DNA of 20,000 nucleotides, taken from the IMG/VR virus record IMGVR_UViG_3300036806_000229, one strand, 5' to 3'. The position numbers and the translations under genes are program-made. Below are positions 7,604-16,233 of the stretch, piece after piece. This stretch comes from an uncultured virus (IMG/VR IMGVR_UViG_3300036806_000229). Taxonomy: Duplodnaviria > Heunggongvirae > Uroviricota > Caudoviricetes. Each line of letters opens with the position of its first letter. The stretch's first letter is position 1. Under the pieces are notes generated by a model. The model was not told the origin of the DNA. It was given only the letters and a program-made list of their open reading frames with translations, and searched no databases.

Positions 7604-7785
7604 GTTTGGCCGATTATCATTTTGTGGAAGTTTTGCCTGCTCAAATATGGCGCCAATCTATTATGGATAACCTTTATAACATATCCTTCCCGATACATCT
7701 CACGAGCTTTAACGACGATCTCGTCTGTTAGCTTCGAGTGAGGGTTCTTTTCTCCCTGAAGCCAAGGGCGCGGTTTACTGATCAT
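7573..7785 (-). CDS. Stand-alone DNA-binding domain of the type found C-terminal in phage HNH homing endonucleases
   Basis: QGEKNPHSKLTDEIV..AR...G..........LSRQ....I.GQTWKHV matches the GExN..SKLT...WKHV HTH tail; no HNH catalytic part. Confidence 0.65.
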   Translation of the reverse strand: MISKPRPWLQGEKNPHSKLTDEIVVKAREMYREGYVIKVIHNRLAPYLSRQNFHKMIIGQTWKHVNGKTS

Positions 7786-8219
7786 GACCTCACTCTAATC
7801 ATCATTTCCCTTGCAACTTGGTTTTTGACCACAGCCTGGGCCTGGGCTCGGGCTAGGATTTGTGGATTAGATTTGAGTAATTCTTCCGCGTGCCAGCGGA
7901 GGTCTTTTGGCAGTGGTAAGTCTTCTGCCATTAGTTTATTTGTGATTAATTCGCCGGCCATTTCCACTGCCGCGTTCCAGCACGGGTCGAGTTTGGAAGA
8001 TGAAATATCCTGGGATGAATATACAGTTTCGTCCACAATGGATTTGATTTCGTCTGGATCGTGGCTGGTGTAGAACTTTAGCTTCGTTTCGAGTTTTTGT
8101 TCGATGGTTTGCAGCCAAAGAGTGTTGAGGATCTTGGCGTCGAGGACGGAACAAATGTGGCCGGGAGAGTAATGGTTGGGAATAGATAGTAAATCGCTGT
8201 AGATGGAAACTAGAGGCAT
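7782..8219 (-). CDS. Hypothetical protein, 145 aa
   Basis: ORF track; ATGA-coupled to the next gene. Confidence 0.65.
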   Translation of the reverse strand: MPLVSIYSDLLSIPNHYSPGHICSVLDAKILNTLWLQTIEQKLETKLKFYTSHDPDEIKSIVDETVYSSQDISSSKLDPCWNAAVEMAGELITNKLMAEDLPLPKDLRWHAEELLKSNPQILARAQAQAVVKNQVAREMMIRVRS

Positions 8220-8221
8220 GG

Positions 8222-8452
8222 TTATTTCTTTACTAATCTAAGAACCGGGGCGGATTGACGTGGATATGCGGTAAAACCTCGATACCTTTTGTTGATGTTT
8301 GGCCAGGGAACCATTTGGCCGCGGACTGATTCGGCCATGGCCATTAGTTCAACACCGATTTCACCTAACCGGGAATTACCGCGTCGATTCAGGTAAATTT
8401 CCCGGCCAAGATCAAACAGATGCTCGTAATCATCGCAGTTGAAGGACGCCAT
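8222..8452 (-). CDS. Hypothetical protein, 76 aa
   Basis: ORF track; AGGAG RBS upstream. Confidence 0.6.
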   Translation of the reverse strand: MASFNCDDYEHLFDLGREIYLNRRGNSRLGEIGVELMAMAESVRGQMVPWPNINKRYRGFTAYPRQSAPVLRLVKK

Positions 8453-8666
8453 TGATCTTCTCTCCTATGCGGTAGAAGGTGAGTTTCAGTTCATTGTCCA
8501 CGACCTGGATCGATATGTTCGACCCCTGTTTCGTTCTACGTCGGTAGTTGTAAATGGCAAAACGAAATAATCGTGCCTCGCGAGCAGAATCAAGTCGCAG
8601 CCGGACCGATCCCAGTCTTTCGACTTCGGCCAGGAGGGTTGGGATTTGGTCCGTTGCCCAGATCAT
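8430..8666 (-). CDS. Hypothetical protein, 78 aa
   Basis: ORF track; AAGGA RBS upstream. Confidence 0.6.
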   Translation of the reverse strand: MIWATDQIPTLLAEVERLGSVRLRLDSAREARLFRFAIYNYRRRTKQGSNISIQVVDNELKLTFYRIGEKINGVLQLR

Positions 8667-8704
8667 GAAAATTTCAGTCCTTGATTTTAGTAAAATTGGT
8701 AATT

Positions 8705-9085
8705 TTAATCCAACTCGAAGCGGACTTTACCGCCGCCATCTGAACCAAAGACTAATGTCCCAGACCATTTTTCGGGCAGGGAATGATCCTCTTTAAGCCT
8801 CGCCGCGATGGCACGGGGGATGTAGCCCAGATGAAGCATTCCTGTGGACAATATCCGGTCCATTGACCAGCTTGAATAGCCTCGGGACAGATTGTCCAAT
8901 TCCCCATAACACTCCAGTGGAATATTACTGGCGTCGAGCCATACCATAATCGCGTTTTCGTCATGGGGGTTGCTTGGTTCGAGGCAGAGCTGCAGTGGAA
9001 TGTCCGCCGAACATGCGGCCAGGATTGCGTTGGCAGGCGGGTGGAAACGTGTGCCGACGATGGGGTATTGATAGATTGTGCTCAT
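8705..9085 (-). CDS. HIRAN domain protein
   Basis: IVGTRFH ... LQL.LEPSNPHDENAIMV ... LGYIPRAIAARL is the HIRAN signature; GAGGA RBS. Confidence 0.85.
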   Translation of the reverse strand: MSTIYQYPIVGTRFHPPANAILAACSADIPLQLCLEPSNPHDENAIMVWLDASNIPLECYGELDNLSRGYSSWSMDRILSTGMLHLGYIPRAIAARLKEDHSLPEKWSGTLVFGSDGGGKVRFELD

Positions 9086-9135
9086 GGTATTTCCTCTGGT
9101 GCGTTGAGATGATCGGTCGTTTGCTCATCACTCCA

Positions 9136-10599
9136 TCATGGGCACACGCCTAAGCTGCCGGCCGCCGTTCCCATGTTAGAATTGCACACAAAGCCACCGC
9201 GCACACCGACGCCGTTCGGCAGGGTGCCGCCGTTGAAGACTGCGGTTGAATTAGTGTCCGGGTTAAAGCTCAGCGCTTGCCATTGTGAAAATGTGTAGCT
9301 CGTTTGCGTCGAGCATGCGCCGCTATTTGATACCGTACAATGGAACAGCGCCGAGCCGCTTGCTGGTAAGTAATAGGTATTGCCGGATGGAACTCCCCAC
9401 TGATTGTTACTATGAGCCCAGTCAGATCCAGGGGTACCATCATCTTGGTTATAGTAGGTATAGTCGCCGTTCGTTACGATAATATTATTATAAATTCTTA
9501 TGTATTGTAGGAGACAAAGGCCACCAGTCCCGCCACAGCCAGTTATGTCACTACGAGCCCCTTCGTCAAAAAGAATGATCACTGCTCCTCCGTTTCCGGA
9601 GAAGTTTTGAGTTTGCACCATAGTGTTGTTGTAAATATCCCAACTACCACTGTTACTTAGCTGAAGATCGGCCCCCGGGCCATTGTCATGCAGATAGTTA
9701 TCATGAAATAAATTTATTCCATAGGATGTGTGTGGAGCACCTATTTCATCTATGAAACCATTGCTTCCGCACCATTGGGTTCCATTTACGTTGCCAAAGA
9801 ACTCGTTAAATGCTATTGTTCTGTGATCAGCAGTAATATCAAACCACAGCCCAGATGAATTATTGTTGTGCATTTTATTGTTGGTGTATAACGCAGAGGT
9901 CACGCCACTAAGTTTTTGACCAGCACTGTCGGAAGTTGCTGTGCAAGGATCTGAAAGACTCGTGTTATTGGCGTATATGTCGTTGTTATTTGCAACGATA
10001 CTTGGACCATTAGCCGCATGAACGCCGTTCAAAAAATTGTCATGAATAAGACTGTTCTGTATTGTCGTATTGGGGCCGATATCAAACCCCTCGTTGTTGT
10101 TGAACGCGACTTCAACCGTGTCTATCAACCATCCACTTGCCCCGTTACAGCAGCTTGGGTAAACACCCGCAAAGCCGTTGTAGTGCTGAATGGTCATGTT
10201 CTTGATCGTCACGTCGGTAATCGCGGCGCCATTCGATAAGAAAGCGCTGGTAAGCGAATTACTCCCGTCGAGAATGGTCTGCCCGATATTGGCTCCCCAG
10301 AAAACGTCGCCGCTCTTCGGTATCACTGCCTCATGGTAAGTGCCAGCAGCGATACAGAAAGTCGTATTGTTACCGTGTGCGTTGACCGCAGCCTGAATAG
10401 CGCCGGCCGTGGCCGAGACAAGTGTGCCTGAACAGGTCGGAGGCGGAGGCGGCCCGGTTGGGGTTGGCTGCTTCGCCGTGGTAGACAACAAAACCTGGCT
10501 CGCATCCTGAGCCAGAGCAACGGCGCCTAGAGCGATCAACGCAACAAAGGAAATTACGGTTCCAGTTCCTACGGTAGTTAATGTAGGCGGCGGGATCAT
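9136..10599 (-). CDS. Exported or membrane-anchored right-handed parallel beta-helix protein (pectin-lyase-like fold)
   Basis: Hydrophobic N-terminus ending AVALA-Q, Pro-rich linker, IQAAVNA...FCIAAGTY...G...ILDG cap, many Asn-ladder repeats (IQNSLIHDN, YTNNKMHNNNSSGLWFD, FHDNYLHDN), several Cys pairs. Confidence 0.85.
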   Translation of the reverse strand: MIPPPTLTTVGTGTVISFVALIALGAVALAQDASQVLLSTTAKQPTPTGPPPPPTCSGTLVSATAGAIQAAVNAHGNNTTFCIAAGTYHEAVIPKSGDVFWGANIGQTILDGSNSLTSAFLSNGAAITDVTIKNMTIQHYNGFAGVYPSCCNGASGWLIDTVEVAFNNNEGFDIGPNTTIQNSLIHDNFLNGVHAANGPSIVANNNDIYANNTSLSDPCTATSDSAGQKLSGVTSALYTNNKMHNNNSSGLWFDITADHRTIAFNEFFGNVNGTQWCGSNGFIDEIGAPHTSYGINLFHDNYLHDNGPGADLQLSNSGSWDIYNNTMVQTQNFSGNGGAVIILFDEGARSDITGCGGTGGLCLLQYIRIYNNIIVTNGDYTYYNQDDGTPGSDWAHSNNQWGVPSGNTYYLPASGSALFHCTVSNSGACSTQTSYTFSQWQALSFNPDTNSTAVFNGGTLPNGVGVRGGFVCNSNMGTAAGSLGVCP

Positions 10600-10690
10600 A
10601 GATGAACCTTCCGATATCCGCTCGTCGCGTCCATTTTTATCAAACTCTCCTCTGAATTAAAAGCCCCGGCTCTCGACCTCTGGTGGCTTG

Positions 10691-10713
10691 GGGAGGGGCT
10701 CCTGGCCCCTCCC
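10691..10713. terminator. GC-rich hairpin (possible terminator, attenuator or processing site)
   Basis: GGGAGGGGC-tcctg-GCCCCTCCC, perfect 9-bp stem, 14 nt after the stop of 10728..11033; no immediate U-tract. Confidence 0.5.
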
Positions 10714-10727
10714 TCTCCATGTGTTTG

Positions 10728-11033
10728 CTAAGGCGCGCAGGTGAACGGGCAACCTCCCCAGCTGTAGGGTGGTAGCGCTGCCGATGCGGCCTTCGCGGCC
10801 TCATCGCATAGCGCGGGTGTGGCGAAGCACTCCCGAATTTGCCGCAGGCCGACGGTGCCATCGCCGACCGGCGAGCAGCCATTGACGATCATTTTCTTGG
10901 TGCCGTAGGTCACATATATCGGCGTGCAAACTTCGGTGCCGATAAAGGAATTGCCGCCGGCTTTCGCTGTGGTGGGTATGCTGCCGGCAAGACAACAGGA
11001 TGCGACGGCCGCGAGTGCGAGTGTTTTAAACAT
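10728..11033 (-). CDS. Small secreted Cys-rich protein, 101 aa
   Basis: Signal-peptide-like MFKTLALAAVASCCLAGSIPTTAKA; six Cys in the mature part; AAAGGA RBS. Confidence 0.7.
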   Translation of the reverse strand: MFKTLALAAVASCCLAGSIPTTAKAGGNSFIGTEVCTPIYVTYGTKKMIVNGCSPVGDGTVGLRQIRECFATPALCDEAAKAASAALPPYSWGGCPFTCAP

Positions 11034-11086
11034 TTAAAGACCGATCCTTTGTGTGCGCTGGATTACGTGAGCAGTCATCGGTAACG

Positions 11087-11452
11087 TTAGAATACCTGAT
11101 CCACATCCGTAATACGGAGGATCATGCCGTTGTTGCCAAAGTCCAGCTTGCATTGCATGTAGTCGCCTGGGACTAAAAAACTGACCCGTTGCTTGTTATT
11201 CGCCGCCTGAATAAGCCCATCAGCCTGCTCCCCGAGAGCAACTTTCACTGCCTCGAATGTGCTTTCCCGCCCGGGCCACGCCGCAGCTGTTAGGCCAATG
11301 CCATACCACACGTCAACGTCGTCAAACTGCCACCCATCGCATTGCGTGCCGAGATGTTGATTGGTGATGCGGTGCGTCGAATCATCCGCGAACGCCGTGC
11401 CAGCAAGCGCTGTCAACGCAGTGGCGACAAAAGCAAGTGATTTGAGCTTCAT
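11087..11452 (-). CDS. Small secreted protein, 121 aa
   Basis: Classical signal peptide MKLKSLAFVATALTALAGTAFA/DD; two Cys; GGAG RBS. Confidence 0.75.
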   Translation of the reverse strand: MKLKSLAFVATALTALAGTAFADDSTHRITNQHLGTQCDGWQFDDVDVWYGIGLTAAAWPGRESTFEAVKVALGEQADGLIQAANNKQRVSFLVPGDYMQCKLDFGNNGMILRITDVDQVF

Positions 11453-11473
11453 TTGTTACTCTCCGTGGTTGAA

Positions 11474-11857
11474 TTAAAGAACCAGTTCCTTTGAACCTGA
11501 CCTTGCTATATGTTCCCTCCTTTCGTCTCGTTCGCGTTGCTTACGCAGATCTGGTTCAAGGTTTGGAACCAGATCCATGTTGGTGTCGATCCATTTCTGG
11601 ATCTCATCATGAAACAACCACTTTAACGTTGCTTCAGGATCGGAAATGAAATCTTCAAGCATGGCTTGAACGGAAGTGATGTGCAGTGTCCGATGGAATG
11701 CCTTGGCGGTGAACCTGCCGGCCTTTATCGGCAACATACAACTCACGTCAATGGTGCCATCGATATTAGGAAACAGTTGAAGCGTAGGAACGATTGCCCC
11801 GGTTAGTAATCCTGGACGGAAGTTGACTTGAGGCCGGTTTGGGTCGAAGAGTTGCAT
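11474..11857 (-). CDS. Hypothetical protein, 127 aa
   Basis: ORF track; AGGA RBS; ends KELVL. Confidence 0.65.
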   Translation of the reverse strand: MQLFDPNRPQVNFRPGLLTGAIVPTLQLFPNIDGTIDVSCMLPIKAGRFTAKAFHRTLHITSVQAMLEDFISDPEATLKWLFHDEIQKWIDTNMDLVPNLEPDLRKQRERDERREHIARSGSKELVL

Positions 11858-11905
11858 GTTACAGCGTTCCTGGCGGCGGCCATTAGAGAGTGCGGTTTTC
11901 GTCCG

Positions 11906-12121
11906 TCATAGCGGCGGGCCAGCCAGATCTGCAGACTCCTGCCCACCTCGGCCGCATGGTCGAATATCAATGATCGTGACACGATATCCTGCGTGTAACC
12001 GAACCGACGTGGCGGCATTAGCAGCCGAGTATGCGTCAACCTCCATCGACCTTGCAAGTCCACCACAGAGATATTCGATACGGTATCGGGTCATATTCGA
12101 GCGTTCGGTTTTGTTACTCAT
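11906..12121 (-). CDS. Hypothetical protein, about 71 aa
   Basis: 3' part of ORF 11906..12274; start set at the ATGA overlap with the upstream stop (MSNKTERSNMTRYRIEY...). Confidence 0.45.
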   Translation of the reverse strand: MSNKTERSNMTRYRIEYLCGGLARSMEVDAYSAANAATSVRLHAGYRVTIIDIRPCGRGGQESADLAGPPL

Positions 12122-12552
12122 AAAGGTTTCCACAAAATCGGGCGCGACGGACCCATGTCGGCTTCCTCTTCGATCCACCACGTGCCTTTTATCCATTCGC
12201 CGTTGTAGTGGGCGCGATGAAAGCCGGTTGATCCGGGCTCGATGACCTGGAACAACGAGCCGTCCTTCGGACAATAGATCGCGTCTTGCCAGCCCAAATC
12301 TTTCAGGCGCTCCGTTGCCTCGAACAGCATTTTCACGGCCGCGCCCTCGTCAGGCATCAGCTCGGCGCGCCGCTCCTCAGCCTTCTTCGCCGCTGCCAAC
12401 AACGAATTTGCACGCTCCCTGTCCAGCTGCCGAAGCAACGCAGCTATCTCATATGGGCCTAGGACTCGTAATTTAGTCGGATGGATATCGGCCATTTCGG
12501 CACGAGTCCGAGTTTCAATCTCGACATCGGTCGGCTCCAATACCACATTCAT
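12118..12552 (-). CDS. Phage hypothetical protein, 144 aa
   Basis: ORF track; ATGA-coupled; LGW.DAIYCPKDGS.F motif of a kind seen in phage accessory proteins. Confidence 0.7.
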   Translation of the reverse strand: MNVVLEPTDVEIETRTRAEMADIHPTKLRVLGPYEIAALLRQLDRERANSLLAAAKKAEERRAELMPDEGAAVKMLFEATERLKDLGWQDAIYCPKDGSLFQVIEPGSTGFHRAHYNGEWIKGTWWIEEEADMGPSRPILWKPL

Positions 12553-13208
12553 GACGCGGCCTCTAATTCTTCGATCGTCACACCGAAAAGCGGCAAGAAA
12601 AACAAAGGCTTCCCTTGCTTTCGCAATACATCGATTCCCTGGATCTCGTTGGTGGCCCAGGCTGCTTCCCTGGCTCCGGTCCTGGCTCCTATGGCTCTGA
12701 CCCTGGGTGCGACCCAGGCTATTTTCCTGACTACGGCATTGGTCGCTTCTATAGCTGCGGCACTAGCTGTGGCACTGGCCGCGACCCAGTTTGCGCCCCA
12801 GGTTACTTCCCATTGCGTCGATGTAAATCTGAAAGGTTTTGGCGCCATCCTATCCAATAAACGCCAGAAGCGCAGAACTAGCGGCGCCTTGTCCCCCAGG
12901 ACTCGCTCGGGACGGTCCAGCACGTCTTGCGGGCACCCTGTAGCATGGTCGTTGACTATTCGCAGCAAACAAGCGTGAGCTACTGATATCCCAAGCAGTT
13001 TAGCGACCTCACGATCAGCGATATATTGCTCAGCGTCGCGCAACTGACCGTCGGACCATCCTGCGAGCCGCAAGATGTCGCCTTGGGCGCAACAACAGCC
13101 GTCATCGTCGATTAACCTGCCTTTGAACAGAGGCCGACTATTCGGATCTTCCCATCGCTTAATGATTTTCTCGATGGTGATCTGTTCAGGTGGCTTTCCG
13201 TCTCGCAT
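12549..13208 (-). CDS. Hypothetical protein with Ala/Trp-rich C-terminal half, about 219 aa
   Basis: ORF 12549..13274; probable start MRDGKPPEQ after a GAGG RBS; contains GCCCAQG. Confidence 0.7.
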   Translation of the reverse strand: MRDGKPPEQITIEKIIKRWEDPNSRPLFKGRLIDDDGCCCAQGDILRLAGWSDGQLRDAEQYIADREVAKLLGISVAHACLLRIVNDHATGCPQDVLDRPERVLGDKAPLVLRFWRLLDRMAPKPFRFTSTQWEVTWGANWVAASATASAAAIEATNAVVRKIAWVAPRVRAIGARTGAREAAWATNEIQGIDVLRKQGKPLFFLPLFGVTIEELEAAS

Positions 13209-13362
13209 CGTTGACCTCAGGGGTTCATTAGTTGATATGAGATAGGTGCCTTGGAAGGGTGGGTACAATAGCACAATATGGATGGATGGTCATGCAAAAT
13301 TGGTGCGGCGGAGTGTCGCATGACCACCCAAATCATCCCAGTGAACCCACCCTCCGTTGTCC

Positions 13363-13665
13363 TTAGTTCATTGTTGTATTCGGCGGTGGTACAGTCGCAG
13401 TCATCATGATTGTGATTTCGGACTTTAACATGTCTGTGATTAAGCGGTACAGAGATACAAGCTTGACCTGTAACCGTTGTGGCTCGGCTTGGACTTCTGG
13501 ATCGCATACCGCCGTTGCCATCATCATACTAGCGGTAATCTTGACTAGCATTTCCACAGCATCGCTGCATTGGGCTTTGTTGGCTTGGAATAGTGCTATA
13601 ACCTGTTGGCTTAGTTCGGTTTTGGCTTCTTCAGAAAGATATTCACGTTCTGGATTCATGTTCAT
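13363..13665 (-). CDS. Hypothetical protein, about 100 aa
   Basis: Start MNMNPERE at an ATGA overlap with an AGGAG RBS. Confidence 0.6.
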   Translation of the reverse strand: MNMNPEREYLSEEAKTELSQQVIALFQANKAQCSDAVEMLVKITASMMMATAVCDPEVQAEPQRLQVKLVSLYRLITDMLKSEITIMMTATVPPPNTTMN

Positions 13666-14144
13666 GGCTCCTGGTTGTAGATTTGTTTGTACAGTTTTCG
13701 CCAATCGGTTCTGAAACCTTCTTGCCACCATACAACACTGCCGTGGTAATAGCAGATATCGGCGTGGGCATAGTTTTCTAAAGCATCTTTTTCCCTTGCC
13801 TCGGGCCAGGGTTGTGGCCAGTAGTTTGGCATGGAATCCTTGCCGCCGATTTCGATCGGGACTAGATGATCGCCTTCGTATTGATTCTCGGTTCGAACAT
13901 CCAGTCCATATTGCAACATGGACATGATTTTGAATTTCTTATCCTGATTTTTATCCCGGTGTGCGGTGCTGTAGTTCCAGGCACATATTACCTTTGGATC
14001 GGTTGTATCTATGTCACCGGGGGTAAGCAATTCGTCTGGTAAACTTACCAGTCCAGCATGGACTGGAAGTGAATCTGTGCTCGCTGCGAGGAATATACCC
14101 ATACAGAGGGCGGGGATTTGAATCCCGAGGCGGGAAGTGGTCAT
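13662..14144 (-). CDS. HNH (His-Me finger)-like protein with N-terminal signal/hydrophobic segment
   Basis: LTPG...IC, YEGDHLVPIEIGG..S..NYWPQPW..A.EKDALE..AH..IC; N-terminus LGIQIPALCMGIFLAAS. Confidence 0.7.
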   Translation of the reverse strand: MTTSRLGIQIPALCMGIFLAASTDSLPVHAGLVSLPDELLTPGDIDTTDPKVICAWNYSTAHRDKNQDKKFKIMSMLQYGLDVRTENQYEGDHLVPIEIGGKDSMPNYWPQPWPEAREKDALENYAHADICYYHGSVVWWQEGFRTDWRKLYKQIYNQEP

Positions 14145-14224
14145 CGGTTCGGTTTCCTTTCCATGTTGAGTAAGTTTTCAGGGTGGATTGCGGCGCGGAT
14201 CAGAAGCTTGACGCGTGGTTTCAT
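14141..14224 (-). CDS. Possible 27-aa peptide
   Basis: MKPRVKLLIRAAIHPENLLNMERKPNR; GAAAGG RBS; the stop overlaps the next ATG. Confidence 0.35.
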   Translation of the reverse strand: MKPRVKLLIRAAIHPENLLNMERKPNR

Positions 14225-14246
14225 GCCGGAGTGCCCTTTCTGGCGT

Positions 14247-14573
14247 TTAAGAATAATAGGGGCCAATTATATAGTAGCCCATTATTACTTGGTCAGTGTA
14301 TTCCTCGCCGTCGAACACGAACTTGACGAGGATACCTGAGAAGAAACTGTCAGTCTGACAATTGTCCCAGCCCTTGAACTGCTGAGAAAAGCCGTCGCCA
14401 CGTTTCATGTCGTGCAAATCGTAGAGTTTACCCCTGTATCGCACGAACTCAGCGTCATCCTGTCTCGTTTCATCGTTGATATAGTAGAATTCAGCCTGTT
14501 CCCTTGGTGTCAAATTGTACCAACGCAGAGTTGAGCGAGGCTTGTGATTGGTGATGATTACTAGATCAGACAT
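14247..14573 (-). CDS. Phage early hypothetical protein, 108 aa
   Basis: ORF track; AAGGA RBS; aromatic-rich (FVRYRG..YDL, GWD...DSFFSGILV). Confidence 0.7.
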   Translation of the reverse strand: MSDLVIITNHKPRSTLRWYNLTPREQAEFYYINDETRQDDAEFVRYRGKLYDLHDMKRGDGFSQQFKGWDNCQTDSFFSGILVKFVFDGEEYTDQVIMGYYIIGPYYS

Positions 14574-14608
14574 TGGGTTTATTTTCCTTCCATTGTCCTT
14601 TTCAACTT

Positions 14609-14640
14609 CGGTTAAACGGTTAAACGGTTAATCGGTTAAA
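14609..14640. repeat. 8-bp tandem repeat, 4 copies, over the stop of the vWA-like gene
   Basis: CGGTTAAA CGGTTAAA CGGTTAAT CGGTTAAA. Confidence 0.85.
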
Positions 14641-15447
14641 CTTCCGTATCTGGTTGTTGATCCATTCCACTGGTCTGGATACGATTTCCTCGTCATGGAG
14701 CCGGACAGGTGGGATGAATAAGGTGGTTTCGGGTTTGAGACCAAAAGCCCGGGTTAGATATTCGTAATATTTTTCGGGATCGAGATAATCAAATCCATTT
14801 ACGCCATGCGGCCAGGCAATGTGACTGGACCGGGTTCTGTGTATATTTAACCAATTACACACATCATATGTCATACGGCGGGAAAAGCCCTGAGAGGTTA
14901 GAGCGTAACATGCCGTAGCCAGATCTATTGGATGGGTGTTGATTTCGGCGGTGATTACGGTCTCGCCGTTGTCTTCACCTTCGGTGATTGATATGATGGA
15001 GAGTTTGACTGGGCGGATCCTGGTCATTGCCAAAGCTAACGCGAGGACGGTGACGCCGCGTTTGGTTAGGATTTTGGCATTAACACCGCCAGATGACGTG
15101 ACGCATAGATAGATGTTTATACCAGTGCGGTCGTTCGGGATTTCCACCCGTCGCCGCATTGACGTTGGCAAGCTGCGCAAGTGATCGGGGATTATGGGAT
15201 ATGCACCTGCCGGCGATGGTATCCATTCCGCCTTCGGTACGTTGATTTCGGTTGTGAGTTTCCGGATCAGGGCCTCGGCTTCGGGAACCAGGCGCTTGTC
15301 GCCAACAAGGCTAAATTTTTCCGTCTGGTCCACGGTCTCGCCACCGTGCCATGCGAGGTCTGTGCTGATGGGTATTTTTCTATACCCTTTCGCGTGTTGG
15401 ATCCAGTCCTGGCGGAGGGCGGCGATTGATGAATAGTGTTTGATCAT
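14620..15447 (-). CDS. Degenerate vWA-like protein, probable partner of the AAA+ ATPase
   Basis: INIYLCVTSSGGV (beta1 plus MIDAS-like position lacking the Asp), helix KRGVTVLALALAM, strand VKLSII; near a MoxR-type ATPase. Fold assignment is inference. Confidence 0.55.
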   Translation of the reverse strand: MIKHYSSIAALRQDWIQHAKGYRKIPISTDLAWHGGETVDQTEKFSLVGDKRLVPEAEALIRKLTTEINVPKAEWIPSPAGAYPIIPDHLRSLPTSMRRRVEIPNDRTGINIYLCVTSSGGVNAKILTKRGVTVLALALAMTRIRPVKLSIISITEGEDNGETVITAEINTHPIDLATACYALTSQGFSRRMTYDVCNWLNIHRTRSSHIAWPHGVNGFDYLDPEKYYEYLTRAFGLKPETTLFIPPVRLHDEEIVSRPVEWINNQIRKFNRLTV

Positions 15448-15506
15448 CGAATGATGGCGCTTAAAGTGGAAGGAATGGAGCTAACGCGTGGAGCTGACGC
15501 GTGGTT

Positions 15507-15722
15507 TTACGGATTTTGCTCCCTGTTCCAGGTCCAGTAACGCAAGATGGTTATACCAGTGATGTGGATATGGTCCAGGTTTTCGTCATGGGCTTTTCGC
15601 CTGGCTTGATCCTCAGCATGTTGCGCGTTTCTTGCCTGGATATGATAATCCTTAACAATGTTGTATTTTTCGCTGGTCGAGTTCAGCATACTGGCCCGGA
15701 GGCTGACGCGGTAGTTGATCAT
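15507..15722 (-). CDS. Hypothetical protein, 71 aa
   Basis: ORF track; ATGA overlap and GGAG RBS. Confidence 0.6.
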   Translation of the reverse strand: MINYRVSLRASMLNSTSEKYNIVKDYHIQARNAQHAEDQARRKAHDENLDHIHITGITILRYWTWNREQNP

Positions 15723-16036
15723 GGGATAAGTACTCCGGCAGATGTCAAGATTGAATTGGCGCGTGACATGGCGTTGTGGATTGCTTTTTCCTTGTCGTTG
15801 GTTTTGTCTAAGGGGAAACTTCCGTGATAATTTAACCAGGCTCTATATATCTCTCTCAATGCCATGAGAATTGTGTTTAAATCTGTGTTTAAATCCGTGT
15901 TTAAATCTGGTAAACTTTGCCACGATTTATCGTTTCGTTTGAACCAGTTCAACAACCCATCCACGTTGCCATAGATCATAAACATTTCTTCGATGTGGTA
16001 TGGATTGCAGACGGCAATCTTGGTAGCGTATTTCAT
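15719..16036 (-). CDS. Hypothetical protein, about 105 aa, with DLNT x3
   Basis: Start MKYATK at an ATGA overlap with a GGAG RBS; 12-bp tandem TGTGTTTAAATC x3 at 15872-15907. Confidence 0.6.
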   Translation of the reverse strand: MKYATKIAVCNPYHIEEMFMIYGNVDGLLNWFKRNDKSWQSLPDLNTDLNTDLNTILMALREIYRAWLNYHGSFPLDKTNDKEKAIHNAMSRANSILTSAGVLIP

Positions 16037-16233
16037 GTTTTGTCTCCCTGAAGGATTGGATCCTGATAGATTGACACATGGCAATAGATACAAGCGATAC
16101 AAGCTTCTTTGTCCCACGTGTGATAGTCCATCCATTTACAAGCAATCTGTGGTGAGATTGCGTGCGTAATTGTTTGTAATAAATCGATGAAGCTGTTTTC
16201 GGAACGCCAGTAGGCGATAGTTGTATTGTCCAT
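16033..16233 (-). CDS. Hypothetical protein, 66 aa (CxxCxxC)
   Basis: ORF track; TAATG overlap and GGAG RBS. Confidence 0.6.
   Translation of the reverse strand: MDNTTIAYWRSENSFIDLLQTITHAISPQIACKWMDYHTWDKEACIACIYCHVSIYQDPILQGDKT

Noticed and set aside
9136..10599. Tailspike or tail fibre annotation
   Set aside because: It has a signal/TM N-terminus and Pro linker rather than a virion-attachment domain, and no structural genes are nearby.
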